Origin: Oscillospiraceae bacterium
GTDB lineage: Bacteria; Bacillota; Clostridia; Oscillospirales; Oscillospiraceae
Length of the DNA: 64,000 nt
Assembly: GCA_015068025.1 (NCBI GenBank)
Contig: SVLH01000006.1
Span: 9,920 to 73,919, forward strand
Reading direction: 5' to 3'
Positions within the stretch are counted from its first letter, which is position 1. The number at the start of each line of letters is the position of its first letter. The notes below the pieces were generated by a model, which saw only the letters and a list, made by a program, of their open reading frames with translations, was not told where the DNA came from and did no database searches. This document shows positions 46,978 to 57,138 of the stretch, in pieces. A program made the translations under genes and the position numbers.

Positions 46978-48363
46978 TCAGTTCAGGAACAGCTCTGCCA
47001 GAAGCTCCATGGCTTCATCCAGCCGTTCCGGGGTCAGGCTGGCGTAGTTGACCACCAGCGTGTGTGCCTGCTCCGGTTGGGGAACGGCGGCGTATTCCGT
47101 CAGGAAGCCCAGCCGCACGCCGCGTTCGGCGGCTCTCTGCCGCAGGGACTCATCGCTCTCCTCTGTGTCCAGCCGCAGCAGGAAGTGAAGACCGGCGCCC
47201 TGCTCCTGAATGGAGATGCGGTGGGCGAAGGGACTGGTGCGAAAGGCCTCCAGCACGGCGGTGCGGCGGAAGCGGTATTCCTTGCGCATCCGGGAGAGGT
47301 GCTGCTCATAGTAGCCGCCCTCCAGAAAGCGGGTCAGCACGTGCTGTTCCAGCGCCGGAACGGTGCAGGCATAGAAGTCCAGTTCCTGCCGGTACCGTTC
47401 CAGAAGCCGGGGCGGCAGCACCATGAAGCCGATACGCATAGCGGGGGAGATGGTCTGGGAAAAGGTGTTCATGTAGATGACGCGCTCGCTGCGGTCGATA
47501 CTCTGCAGGGTGGGGATGGGTCGCCCGCTGAAGCGAAGCTCGCTGTCATAGTCGTCCTCGATGATGGTGCCGCCCTGTTCCTCTGCCCAGCGCAGCAGCG
47601 CCTGCCGTCGACCGATGGAGGTGACCAGGCCGGTGGGATAGTGGTGGGCGGGGGAGATATGGATCACATTGGCACCTGCGGCACGCAGGGCGTCCACATC
47701 CATGCCCTGAGCGTCCAGCGGAACGGAACGGCAGCGGACGCCGCACTTCTGATAGACCTGTCGGATTTTTGGATAGCCGGGTTCTTCCACGGCAAACACG
47801 GCGTTTGATCCCAGCAGCTGCGCCAGCAGAAGATAGAGATATTCCGCACCGGCACCTACGACGATCTGCTCCGGCGACACCGCCATGCCCTTGTAGTTCC
47901 GCAGGTTGTCCGCCAGCGCCTTGCGCAGAGCGTACAGCCCCTGATGGGCGGTGGGAGCGAGGAAGGCGTTTTCGGACAGTACCTGCCGGGTCAGCCGCGC
48001 CCATGCGGCCACGGGAAAGCGGCTGCCGTCGGTCTGGTTGCGCCCCAGATCCAGCCGCCATGGGGGAGCGGGCGGCTCGTCGGGGATACGGAGCGCAGCG
48101 GCGGGGGCGGCGGGGGAGCGCTCCACCGGGCAGACGAAAAATCCCCGTTTCGGCAGGGTGTACAGATATCCCTCCGCCTCCAGCTGGGCATAGGCGCTCT
48201 CCACGGTGATGACGGAAAGCCGCAGATGCTCTGCCAGTGCCCGCTTGGAGGGCAGGCGCTCGCCGGCAGACAGTTTGCCGTCCAGAATGTCCTGGCGGAT
48301 GCGGTGGTACAGATATTCGTAAAGGGGCAGCGCGCCCCGCTCTTCCATGGGGTATGTCAGCAT
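46978..48363 (-). CDS. MocR/PdxR-family PLP-dependent GntR regulator
   Basis: LPSKRALA..L..SVITVE.AY..L.AEGY wHTH; EEPGY, SPAHHYPTG, IEDDYDSE. Confidence 0.92.
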   Translation of the reverse strand: MLTYPMEERGALPLYEYLYHRIRQDILDGKLSAGERLPSKRALAEHLRLSVITVESAYAQLEAEGYLYTLPKRGFFVCPVERSPAAPAAALRIPDEPPAPPWRLDLGRNQTDGSRFPVAAWARLTRQVLSENAFLAPTAHQGLYALRKALADNLRNYKGMAVSPEQIVVGAGAEYLYLLLAQLLGSNAVFAVEEPGYPKIRQVYQKCGVRCRSVPLDAQGMDVDALRAAGANVIHISPAHHYPTGLVTSIGRRQALLRWAEEQGGTIIEDDYDSELRFSGRPIPTLQSIDRSERVIYMNTFSQTISPAMRIGFMVLPPRLLERYRQELDFYACTVPALEQHVLTRFLEGGYYEQHLSRMRKEYRFRRTAVLEAFRTSPFAHRISIQEQGAGLHFLLRLDTEESDESLRQRAAERGVRLGFLTEYAAVPQPEQAHTLVVNYASLTPERLDEAMELLAELFLN

Positions 48364-48515
48364 GCCGCTCTCACCTGACCTTATGAAAAAGTGTAAATGT
48401 TATTATTTAAAGCATACCACAAGGCGGAGGGAAAGGCAACTGCTCTGCTCGCCGGATAAAAAACTCCCCTGCGGTTCTGGATGCCGCAGGGGATCTGTAT
48501 GCTATAGGAAGGGGA

Positions 48516-49331
48516 TCAGTCGCTGTCCCACTCGTTGTTGGAGCCCGCCGATTGTGCGTCGGGGTTGAAGCCCACACCGGAGGTCTGCTTGGCGATCTCA
48601 AAGTATCCCAGTTCCGTGCAGGTCTTGACCGGCAGATAGAACATGGATACCATCAGCGTCCAGAGCCCGCTCAGCAGCACCCAGCCCCAGCCGGGCAGAA
48701 CGGAGTACAGAGCGAATTCGGAGGGCATCTGGGTGGCGCCGGAAAGCACTGCGGCGGTGATTTCCATGGAGAGCAGGCCGCTTTCCACCGCGATGGGGAG
48801 GGAGGTCAGCAGTCCCCAGCCGATGTAGCTCAGATCCAGAGAAAACAGCTGCGCCTTGTAGCCGATGGTCTGCACTCTGCTCATGTTCATTGCCTGCAGG
48901 ATGCCGATGCCGGGATTTTCGTAGAGGTTGTACAGTGCGAAGCGGTAGCGGTAGGCGGTAACGATGCCGGGGATGACGAACACCATGGACCACAGAGCGA
49001 CCCGGATGGAGATCATGAGCGCCAGGCCGATGAGCTTTCCGGCAAAGGCGAAGCCGTCAAACAGCGTCAGGTATTCCGCCCGCTCATTTCTGCGCACAGC
49101 CATACAGTACAGCACGAAACCGGCAAAGAGAACGGTAATCAGCAGAGTGGAAAAGATGGAGAGGAAGGTGGAGGCGGTGCCTTTCGCCGGCGCAAAGGCC
49201 AGGGCCATGGAAATGGCCAGTTCCAGCGCGCAGTACAGGGCGGTGATGCCCTTGGGGGAGACCTGTGCATCGGCCAGCAGGGTCTTCATCTCGGCTTTCA
49301 GTTGTTTTCTGTCAATCAGTTGAGGTGCCAT
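48516..49331 (-). CDS. DUF975 family membrane protein
   Basis: LWSMVFVIPGIVTAYRY, ENPGIG..A...S....GYK..LF.LDLSYIGW. Confidence 0.85.
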   Translation of the reverse strand: MAPQLIDRKQLKAEMKTLLADAQVSPKGITALYCALELAISMALAFAPAKGTASTFLSIFSTLLITVLFAGFVLYCMAVRRNERAEYLTLFDGFAFAGKLIGLALMISIRVALWSMVFVIPGIVTAYRYRFALYNLYENPGIGILQAMNMSRVQTIGYKAQLFSLDLSYIGWGLLTSLPIAVESGLLSMEITAAVLSGATQMPSEFALYSVLPGWGWVLLSGLWTLMVSMFYLPVKTCTELGYFEIAKQTSGVGFNPDAQSAGSNNEWDSD

Positions 49332-49650
49332 GAGGATGCTCCTTCCGGGGAGAGCCGGTATGTCCGGCGGGATTTTTCAGTAGTGTATCATGTTTTCGGG
49401 GCATTGACAAGGGTGCGCCGGGCACAGGAAAGTGAGGAACTGGGGAAAAACAACTGTTTCTGTCAAATATCTGTCAAAAAAACCGAATATTTCCCGAAAA
49501 AACGATTCCGTCTCCCTAGACAATTCTAAAATCAGGGTGTAAAATGTAATGCAGTATGTGATAATGTCGCATCGTGCGTCCATTTCTGCTCCGGAGGCAG
49601 AAGGAGGGGCGGGTGCAGACATTGTCAGGAGAAAAAATGAGGTGAAGACA

Positions 49651-51036
49651 ATGGCACAAGCTTTCTTTGGCGGCGTTCATCCCAATGACATGAAAGCCGC
49701 GACCAATGAAAAGGCCATCCAGCAGTTGCCCCCCCCGGCAGAGGTGGTCATCCCCATGTCGATGCACTTTGGCGCACCTTGCACCCCCATTGTTAAGGTT
49801 GGTGACCATGTTAAGGTGGGCCAGAAGATCGGCGAGTTCCGTGGACTGGGCGCACCCATCCACGCCAGCATCTCCGGCACCGTCAAGGCTGTTGAGCCCC
49901 GTCCCTATTCCATGGGCGGCAGCATGATGGCGGTCGTCATTGAGAACGATTTTCAGGAAGAATTGAGCGAAGAAGTCGTCGCTCCCGCCGATCCCGACGC
50001 GCTGACCGTGGAGGAGATGGTGGAGATCGTCAAGAATGCCGGCATCGTCGGCATGGGCGGCGCGACCTTCCCCACTCATGTCAAGATCTCCGGCGGTATC
50101 GGCAAGGTGGACACCGTGCTCATCAACGGCGCGGAGTGCGAGCCTTACCTGACCGACGACCACCGCATGATGCTGGAGCGTCCCGAGGAGATCATCGGCG
50201 GCGCCACGTATCTTGCCAAGATGTTTGGCGTGGAGAACGTCATCATCGGCGTGGAGGACAACAAGCGAAACGGCATCGATATGCTCAACAAGGTCATTGC
50301 GGAAAAGCACGCCCCTGTTCGCGTGCAGCCTCTGCATTGCCGTTACCCCCAGGGCGGTGAAAAGCAGCTCTGCCAGGCCATCACCGGCAAGCAGGTGCCT
50401 CCCGGCGGTCTGCCCAGCAACATCGGCTGCGCGGTGTTCAATATCAACACCACCAGCGCCATCTACCGCGCCATCACCAAGGGCATGCCCATGATCAGCC
50501 GTACGATGACGGTGGCGGGCAGCGGCGTTGTGGAGCCCAAGAACCTGGAAGTGCCCATCGGCACGCCCATCTTCCACGTGTTTGACGCCTGCGGCGGCCT
50601 GAAGAAGGGTACATACAAGCTCATCATGGGCGGCCCCATGATGGGTATGGCGCAGTACACCGTGGACGTTCCTGTGGGCAAGGGCACCGGCGCCATGCTG
50701 GCCTTCTGCGACAAGGAAGAGCAGACCGTTGCCCATCCCCAGTGCATCCGCTGCGGCAAGTGCGTTGCCGTCTGCCCCGTGCATCTGGAGCCTCTGTTCA
50801 TGTATCAGTATGCGGAAAAGGGCATGGTGGATGAGCTGAACGAGGCTCACATCATGGACTGCATGGAGTGCGGCGCCTGCGCTTATGCCTGCCCCGCCCG
50901 TATGCACCTGACCCAGATGTTCAAAACCGGCAAGCAGTTGGTGAAGGATAAGGCTGCCGCCGACAAGGCCGCCGCCGAGGCCAAGAAGGCCGCGGAGGAA
51001 GCCAAGGCAGCAGAGAAGGAGGCTGTGACGAAATGA
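49651..51036 (+). CDS. rnfC: Rnf complex subunit C
   Basis: GGVHP, AGIVGMGGATFPTHVK, NGAECEPY, YPQGGEKQL, two 4Fe-4S motifs. Confidence 0.97.
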   Translation: MAQAFFGGVHPNDMKAATNEKAIQQLPPPAEVVIPMSMHFGAPCTPIVKVGDHVKVGQKIGEFRGLGAPIHASISGTVKAVEPRPYSMGGSMMAVVIENDFQEELSEEVVAPADPDALTVEEMVEIVKNAGIVGMGGATFPTHVKISGGIGKVDTVLINGAECEPYLTDDHRMMLERPEEIIGGATYLAKMFGVENVIIGVEDNKRNGIDMLNKVIAEKHAPVRVQPLHCRYPQGGEKQLCQAITGKQVPPGGLPSNIGCAVFNINTTSAIYRAITKGMPMISRTMTVAGSGVVEPKNLEVPIGTPIFHVFDACGGLKKGTYKLIMGGPMMGMAQYTVDVPVGKGTGAMLAFCDKEEQTVAHPQCIRCGKCVAVCPVHLEPLFMYQYAEKGMVDELNEAHIMDCMECGACAYACPARMHLTQMFKTGKQLVKDKAAADKAAAEAKKAAEEAKAAEKEAVTK

Positions 51037-52049
51037 CCGATTACAAGAATCTGAAGCTCATTGCCACTTCTAACCCCCACATCCGCGGCAGCGAGACCAC
51101 TCGCTCCATCATGCTGGATGTGATCGTGGCCATGGTGCCCGCTCTGGTGTGGGCCGTTCTGGTGTTCGGCCTGAAGGCCCTGACCCTGACGGCTGTGTCC
51201 GTGATCGCCTGTGTGTTCTTCGAGTGGCTGTACCGTGTGCTGATGAAGAAGCCGCAGTCCGTGGGCGATTTGTCCGCGGTGGTCACCGGTATGCTGCTGG
51301 CGCTCATCAGCCCTGTGACCATCAACTATTGGATGATTATCATCGGCGACTTCTTCGCCATCATTGTGGTCAAGCAGCTCTTCGGCGGCATCGGCAAGAA
51401 CTTTATCAACCCCGCTCTGGCCGGCCGCGCCTTCCTGGTTGGCAGCTATGCCGGTGCCATGACCTCTTGGTGGAACCCCGCCGTCGGCAAGGCGCCTCTG
51501 TTCGGCACTCCCGAGATCGATAGCTTTGCCACTCCCATGTCTTACCTGAAGAACGGCGACCTGGAGAGCCTGAAGGGTCTGTACGGCATCAAGGAGATGT
51601 TCCTTGGCCAGCACGGCGGCTCCATGGGTGAGATCTCCGCTCTGCTGCTGCTCATCGGCGGCGTGTACCTGATCTGGCGCAAGGTCATCAACTGGCAGAC
51701 CCCCGTTGCCTATATCGGCACCGTGGCGGTTATCAGCTTCCTGTTCCCCAAGGCCGGCACCGGTCTGGAGTGGATGCTGTACAGCGTGTTCGGCGGCGGT
51801 CTGATGCTGGGTGCCTTCTTCATGGCCACCGACTATGCCACCTCTCCCGTCACCAAGAAAGGCCAGCTGATCTTCGGCATCGGCTGCGGCCTGTTCACGG
51901 TGTTCATCCGTTACTTCGGCTCCTACAACGAGGGCGTTTGCTATTCCATCATGGTGATGAACTGCTGCACCGCTCTGATTGACAAGTATACCAAGCCCAC
52001 CCGCTTTGGTATCGTGAAATCCGATAAGAAGGAGGCGGCTGTGAAATGA
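51033..52049 (+). CDS. rnfD: Rnf complex subunit D
   Basis: NPHI, KQLFGGIGKN..NPALAGR, ATP FMN site, FFMATD. Confidence 0.96.
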   Translation: MTDYKNLKLIATSNPHIRGSETTRSIMLDVIVAMVPALVWAVLVFGLKALTLTAVSVIACVFFEWLYRVLMKKPQSVGDLSAVVTGMLLALISPVTINYWMIIIGDFFAIIVVKQLFGGIGKNFINPALAGRAFLVGSYAGAMTSWWNPAVGKAPLFGTPEIDSFATPMSYLKNGDLESLKGLYGIKEMFLGQHGGSMGEISALLLLIGGVYLIWRKVINWQTPVAYIGTVAVISFLFPKAGTGLEWMLYSVFGGGLMLGAFFMATDYATSPVTKKGQLIFGIGCGLFTVFIRYFGSYNEGVCYSIMVMNCCTALIDKYTKPTRFGIVKSDKKEAAVK

Positions 52050-52678
52050 GCAAGGAAGTCAAGACCAGAGAAAAGGTCAATATGGACCCCAAGTACATCA
52101 TTGAATTGACTGTCAAGCTGTTTGTCACCTGCCTCGTGGTGGCCGGTCTGCTGGGCGGCGTCAACGCCATCACCGCAGATAAGATCGCCGCCATCAACTG
52201 GGAAAAGACCCAGAAGGCCATGAGGGAAGTCGTTCTCGACAAGGAGAACAGCACCTTCACCGAGGCGCTGGAGCTGACCGATGAGATGACCGAGGCCGCC
52301 GCTGTCGGCGGCAAGCTGACCGAGCTGTACGGCGTGCAGGTGGGCGGCGAGACCGTGGGCTATGCCATGAAGATCGTGGCCTCCGGCTCCCAGGGCAACA
52401 TCGAAATGATGGTCGGCGTGGATGCCGAGGATGCCGTCACCGGCGTTTCCGTGGTCAAGAACTCCGAGACCGCCGGTATCGGTTCCAGGGTCATGGAGAA
52501 CGAGCCTCTCAAGTCCACCGGAATCGGCGTTCTGGATCAGTTCAAGGGCAAGAGCGCGGCGGATGGCGAGCTGGTCGCCACAAAAAACATCGAGATCATC
52601 GGCGGCGCCACCGTGTCCACCAGGGGCGTCACCGCCGGCGTGAATGCTGCGCTGGCCGTGGCCGCTGTGCTGGGCTGA
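52046..52678 (+). CDS. rnfG: Rnf complex subunit G
   Basis: ETAGIGS, GATVST FMN-binding motif. Confidence 0.93.
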   Translation: MSKEVKTREKVNMDPKYIIELTVKLFVTCLVVAGLLGGVNAITADKIAAINWEKTQKAMREVVLDKENSTFTEALELTDEMTEAAAVGGKLTELYGVQVGGETVGYAMKIVASGSQGNIEMMVGVDAEDAVTGVSVVKNSETAGIGSRVMENEPLKSTGIGVLDQFKGKSAADGELVATKNIEIIGGATVSTRGVTAGVNAALAVAAVLG

Positions 52679-52696
52679 GAAAGGAGGATCTGACGT

Positions 52697-53317
52697 ATGA
52701 ATCTGAAAAAACAGTTTATGGAAGGCCTCCTGACCCAGAACCCCGTTCTGGTGCAGGTTCTGGGCATGTGCTCCACCATGGCCATCACCACCTCGTTCTT
52801 TAACGGTCTGGGTATGGGCGTCGCCGTTCTGGTGATCCTGACCCTGTCCAACATGATCGTTGCGGCCATCCGCAAGATCATCCCCGATAAGATCCGTATC
52901 GCCATGTTTATCGTGGTCATCGCCGGTTTCGTTACCATGGTCGATTTGCTGATCCAGGCGTTTGTTCCCGCTCTGGCTGAATCCCTGGGCGTGTTCATTC
53001 CCCTGATCGTCGTCAACTGCATCATCCTGGGCCGTGCCGAGGGCTTCTCCTACAAGAACGGCGTGGGTGCCTCCTTCTTCGACGGCGTGTTCCAGGGCAT
53101 TGGCTACACCGTGGTTCTGCTGGCCATGTGTATTATCCGTGAGTTCCTGGGCAACGGCACCTTCGGCGGCGGCCTGCTGGGCGTTGACGGCAAGGGCATC
53201 GAGATCTTCCACGCCGACTTCGGCGCCGGTATGATGACCCTGCCCGTGGGTGGCTTCCTGGTTCTGGGCGCCCTCATTGCTCTGATGCAGTGGGCTCTGT
53301 CCAAGTCCAAGAAATAA
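52697..53317 (+). CDS. rnfE: Rnf complex subunit E
   Basis: NPVLVQVLGMCS, IPLIVVNCIILGRAE. Confidence 0.96.
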   Translation: MNLKKQFMEGLLTQNPVLVQVLGMCSTMAITTSFFNGLGMGVAVLVILTLSNMIVAAIRKIIPDKIRIAMFIVVIAGFVTMVDLLIQAFVPALAESLGVFIPLIVVNCIILGRAEGFSYKNGVGASFFDGVFQGIGYTVVLLAMCIIREFLGNGTFGGGLLGVDGKGIEIFHADFGAGMMTLPVGGFLVLGALIALMQWALSKSKK

Positions 53318-53332
53318 GGAGGGAGAACAATA

Positions 53333-53923
53333 ATGGATCAGATTTTTGACCTTCTGGCGATCACGCTGGGCGCCATTCTGGCAAACAACTTTATCTTCTC
53401 CCAGTTCCTGGGCATCTGCCCCTTCCTGGGCGTTTCCAAGAAGATCGATACCGCCGTTGGCATGGGTCTCGCCGTTACCTTCGTTATGGGACTTGCCTCT
53501 GCGGTGTGCTACGCGGTGAACAAATTCGTCCTGTTCCCCCTGGAGCTGGGCTATATGCAGACCGTGGCCTTCATTCTGGTCATCGCGTCTCTGGTGCAGT
53601 TCATCGAAATGTTCCTGCAGAAGTCCATGCCCGCTCTGTACACCGCTCTGGGCGTGTATCTGCCTCTGATCACCACCAACTGCGCTGTTCTGGGTGTGGT
53701 TCTGCTGAACGTGCAGAACGACTACAATTTCATTTCCTCTGTGGTGTACGGCATCACCGGCGGTCTGGGCTTCCTGGTTGCCATCGTGCTGTTTGCCAGC
53801 ATCCGTGAGCGTCTGGTGTTTGCCGACTATCCCAAGAGCTGGGAAGGCTTCCCCATCGCTCTGGTCACCGCCGGTCTGATGGCCCTGGCATTCATGGGCT
53901 TCTCCGGCCTGAAGGTCTGGTAA
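53333..53923 (+). CDS. rnfA: Rnf complex subunit A
   Basis: FLGICPFLGVSK, YLPLITTNCAVLG. Confidence 0.96.
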   Translation: MDQIFDLLAITLGAILANNFIFSQFLGICPFLGVSKKIDTAVGMGLAVTFVMGLASAVCYAVNKFVLFPLELGYMQTVAFILVIASLVQFIEMFLQKSMPALYTALGVYLPLITTNCAVLGVVLLNVQNDYNFISSVVYGITGGLGFLVAIVLFASIRERLVFADYPKSWEGFPIALVTAGLMALAFMGFSGLKVW

Positions 53924-53936
53924 GGAGGGCGCTGAA

Positions 53937-54851
53937 ATGATTGGTAACATTATTAATGCGATCGCGGTGCTCGGTGTTCTGGGCGCTGTGTTCGGCCTGA
54001 TCCTGGCCATCGCCTCCAAGATTTTCGAGGTGAAGAAGGATCCTCGTGAAGAAGCTATCCTGAGCCATCTGGCCGGTGCCAACTGCGGCGGCTGCGGCTA
54101 TCCCGGCTGCGGCGGCTGTGCTGCCGCTATTCTGGCTGGCGAGGCTCCCGTTACCGCCTGTGCCCCTGCCGGCGCTGAAAATGCAGCCGCCATCGCAGAG
54201 ATCATGGGCATGGCTGCTCCCACCGGCGAGCGGCAGGTGGCCTTTGTCCGCTGCACCGGCGGCGTCAACGCCAAGAAGCGCTATGACTATGTGGGCATTG
54301 CCGACTGCGTGGCCGCCACCAAGGTTGCCGGCGGCCCTCTGGAGTGCCAGTTCGGCTGCCTGGGCTTCGGCTCCTGCGTGTCTGCCTGCCAGTTCGGTGC
54401 CATGTCCATCGGCGAAAACGGCGCTGCCGTGGTCGACCCCGAGAAGTGCACCAACTGCGGCGCCTGCATGAGTGCCTGCCCCCGCAAGCTGATCGTTTCC
54501 GTTCCCGCCAACCCCAAGAAGGTCCACGTGACCTGCGCCAACCTGGAAAAGGGCAAGGCCGCCATGAGCGTCTGTTCCGTTTCCTGCATCGGCTGCGGTC
54601 TGTGCGAGAAGGAATGCAAGAAGGACGCCATCCACGTGGTCAACGGCGTTGCCGTGGTGGACTATGACAAGTGCGTGGGCTGCAAGCTCTGCACCAAGGT
54701 CTGCCCCCGCGATGCCATCATCCCCGTGGCGACCGTCGAGGAGAAGGAAAAGTACAAGGAACTGAAGAAGGCACAGGCCGAGAAAGCCGCTGCCGCCGCC
54801 AAGGCTGCCGCTGAAGCTGCCAAGGTCGCGGAAGCTCCCGCTGCCGAGTAA
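53937..54851 (+). CDS. rnfB: Rnf complex subunit B
   Basis: GANCGGCGYPGC and multiple ferredoxin motifs. Confidence 0.96.
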   Translation: MIGNIINAIAVLGVLGAVFGLILAIASKIFEVKKDPREEAILSHLAGANCGGCGYPGCGGCAAAILAGEAPVTACAPAGAENAAAIAEIMGMAAPTGERQVAFVRCTGGVNAKKRYDYVGIADCVAATKVAGGPLECQFGCLGFGSCVSACQFGAMSIGENGAAVVDPEKCTNCGACMSACPRKLIVSVPANPKKVHVTCANLEKGKAAMSVCSVSCIGCGLCEKECKKDAIHVVNGVAVVDYDKCVGCKLCTKVCPRDAIIPVATVEEKEKYKELKKAQAEKAAAAAKAAAEAAKVAEAPAAE

Positions 54852-54862
54852 TTCCAGCCTGC

Positions 54863-54902
54863 GAAATACCCCGAATCTTTCGATTCGGGGTATTTTTTTG
54901 TT
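54863..54902 (+). terminator. rnf operon terminator
   Basis: aaataccccgaatc/gattcggggtattt hairpin plus T run. Confidence 0.85.
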
Positions 54903-54941
54903 GCATTTTTCTGACAGAGGGTCTATGATGAAGGCAATTCA

Positions 54942-55044
54942 GGCAGAGTAGGAACACACGTGTGAAATAGTGCCGGAAAAACGGGGAGTTGTTTTCCGGA
55001 CGAAAGGGCGAAAGCCTGCAGTGTGTGTTCCGCATCCCGCTGCC
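54942..55044 (+). ncRNA. THF riboswitch
   Basis: GGCAGAGTAGG...AGTGCCGG...ACGGGGAGTTG...CCGGACGAAAG...CGCATCCCGCTGCC matches the THF-I layout; upstream of folT-folC. Confidence 0.9.
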
Positions 55045-55124
55045 GCATAAGAGCCTGTTTTTTCAGCTTCCTCTGTGCGGCGTTCCGGTTTCGGACTGCC
55101 GAAAACACAGAAGGAGGTATTTTT

Positions 55125-55664
55125 ATGCCCAAATTCAATGCCAGACGCATCTGCTACATTGCGCTCCTTGCCGCTATGTACTATGTGCTCAACCTTATGG
55201 AGATCCGCACGCCGGGCAATCTCCATATCACACTGGATGCCCTGCCTGTTATGGTCAGCGCCTTACTGGTCGGCCCGCTGGATGCCGCCCTGGTGGCCTT
55301 TTTCGGAGAAACGCTGAACCAGCTCCTTGGTTACGGTGCTACCGCCACCACACTGCTCTGGGCGGTTCCGCCGGTGCTGTTTGCGCTGATTATCGCCATG
55401 ACCGCAAGAGGTCAGAAAGAGAAGCGGCTGGAAGAGCGGGCGATTCTCTGTTATGCGGTCTGCATTGCGGCTGCCCTGGTGCGGACGGCAGGCAACACAG
55501 CGGTCATCTGGCTGGACAGCGTGATCTATAAATACTATTCCTTCGCCTATGTCTTCGGCTCCGCCGCCATCCGCTTTGTCACGGGGGTGATCGCTGCCGT
55601 GCTGGTGGCGACGGTGACCATGCCGTTGGTGAAGCTGCTGCGGCGGCAGAATTTTTTGAAGTGA
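55125..55664 (+). CDS. folT: ECF transporter S component, folate family
   Basis: S-component hydrophobic pattern; THF riboswitch upstream, folC downstream. Confidence 0.75.
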   Translation: MPKFNARRICYIALLAAMYYVLNLMEIRTPGNLHITLDALPVMVSALLVGPLDAALVAFFGETLNQLLGYGATATTLLWAVPPVLFALIIAMTARGQKEKRLEERAILCYAVCIAAALVRTAGNTAVIWLDSVIYKYYSFAYVFGSAAIRFVTGVIAAVLVATVTMPLVKLLRRQNFLK

Positions 55665-55667
55665 GAG

Positions 55668-56945
55668 ATGCCTATGACGGGTCAGGAAGCAATCGCATAC
55701 ATTCATACCTATAACTGGGAAAAGCACGAGCCGGGGCTTCACCGCATCCGGCAGCTGCTCCGTGCGCTGGGCGACCCGCATAAGGGACTGAAATTCGTCC
55801 ACGTGGCCGGTACCAACGGCAAGGGCAGTACCTGCGCCATGCTGGCCTCGGTGCTGCAGGAGGCGGGATACCGGGTGGGGCTGAATACCTCGCCCTACAT
55901 CATGACCTTCCACGAGCGCATCCGCGTGAATGGCGAGATGATCCCGGACGAAGCGCTGGCCAATCTGACGGAGCGCATCCGTCCCATCGCAGAAGACATG
56001 GAGGAACACCCCACGGAGTTTGAGCTCATCACGGCGCTTGCTATGCTGTATTTCAAGGAACAGCGCTGTGACATTGTGGTGCTGGAGGTGGGTCTTGGCG
56101 GTGCGCTGGATGCCTCCAACGTGATCGACTGCCCGGAGGTCTCCGTCCTGACGGCCATGGGCATGGATCACATGGGGATCCTCGGCACCACCATGGCGGA
56201 GATCGCCGCGGCGAAAGCCGGCATCGTGAAGGAAGGCGGCGCCGTGGTCAGCTACGGCGGCTGCGCCGAGGCGGATGCGGTATTCCGCTCCGTTTGCGGG
56301 GAGCGCGGTGCTGCGCTGCGGGAAGTGGATTTTGTCCGATTACAGCGGGTGGAGGTGAGCCTGGACGGCGCTGTGTTTGACTTTGCGCCTTATCAGGGGC
56401 TGTGCCTCCCGTTGACCGGCCTGTACCAGACGAGAAATGCCGCCACGGCGCTGACGGCACTGGAGGTTCTGGCGGCAAAGGGGTGGAATATACCGGAAGA
56501 TGCCGTCCACAGGGGCCTTGCGAATGTACGCTGGCCTGCCCGGTTTGAGGTGCTGGGGAAAGAGCCGCTGTTTTTGCTGGACGGCGCCCATAACGCCCAC
56601 GGTGTCCGTGCGGCGGCGGAGAGTTTGTCAGTGCTGCTGCCGGACAGGAAAGTCGTGATGATCCTGGGCGTTCTGGCGGACAAAGACGTGGAGGAAATGA
56701 TGGACCGGCTGGCGCCCCTGGCGGAGCGGGCCTTTGTGATCCGGCCCGACAGCCCCCGTGCTATGAGTGCACAGACCCTGTGCGCTATGCTGCGGGTGCG
56801 GGGCGTGGAGGCACAGGAGTGCGTATGTGCGGAGCAGGCTGTGGAACAGGCGCTGAACGCCGCGGGAAGCGGCGGCGCCGTCTGTGCGCTGGGGTCGCTG
56901 TATCTGTCCGGCGCCGTGCGGGAAGCGGCGGGGAAGCTGCTTTGA
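55668..56945 (+). CDS. folC: folylpolyglutamate synthase/dihydrofolate synthase
   Basis: HVAGTNGKGST, ERIRVNG, TEFE, LEVGLGGALDASN, LDGAHN. Confidence 0.95.
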   Translation: MPMTGQEAIAYIHTYNWEKHEPGLHRIRQLLRALGDPHKGLKFVHVAGTNGKGSTCAMLASVLQEAGYRVGLNTSPYIMTFHERIRVNGEMIPDEALANLTERIRPIAEDMEEHPTEFELITALAMLYFKEQRCDIVVLEVGLGGALDASNVIDCPEVSVLTAMGMDHMGILGTTMAEIAAAKAGIVKEGGAVVSYGGCAEADAVFRSVCGERGAALREVDFVRLQRVEVSLDGAVFDFAPYQGLCLPLTGLYQTRNAATALTALEVLAAKGWNIPEDAVHRGLANVRWPARFEVLGKEPLFLLDGAHNAHGVRAAAESLSVLLPDRKVVMILGVLADKDVEEMMDRLAPLAERAFVIRPDSPRAMSAQTLCAMLRVRGVEAQECVCAEQAVEQALNAAGSGGAVCALGSLYLSGAVREAAGKLL

Positions 56946-57045
56946 ACAAATGGGAAAAGGACTGCCTCCGGGCAGTCCTTTTTGTTGAAAACAGGCGCTT
57001 TCCGGCCGCCGGCGCTTTGTTCACAAATTGTTTATCATCCATCCA

Positions 57046-57105
57046 TTGACATTGGCTGACCCAGGTGGTAAACTGCGTTTAGCACTCCGGGGGGGCGAGT
57101 GCTAA
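57046..57105 (+). promoter_or_regulatory. sigma-A promoter plus CIRCE operator
   Basis: TTGACA-17-TAAACT, then perfect TTAGCACTC-N9-GAGTGCTAA at 57079-57105. Confidence 0.97.
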
Positions 57106-57138
57106 AGGCGCCGCCCCGGAGAAAGACAGAGGTGCTTC

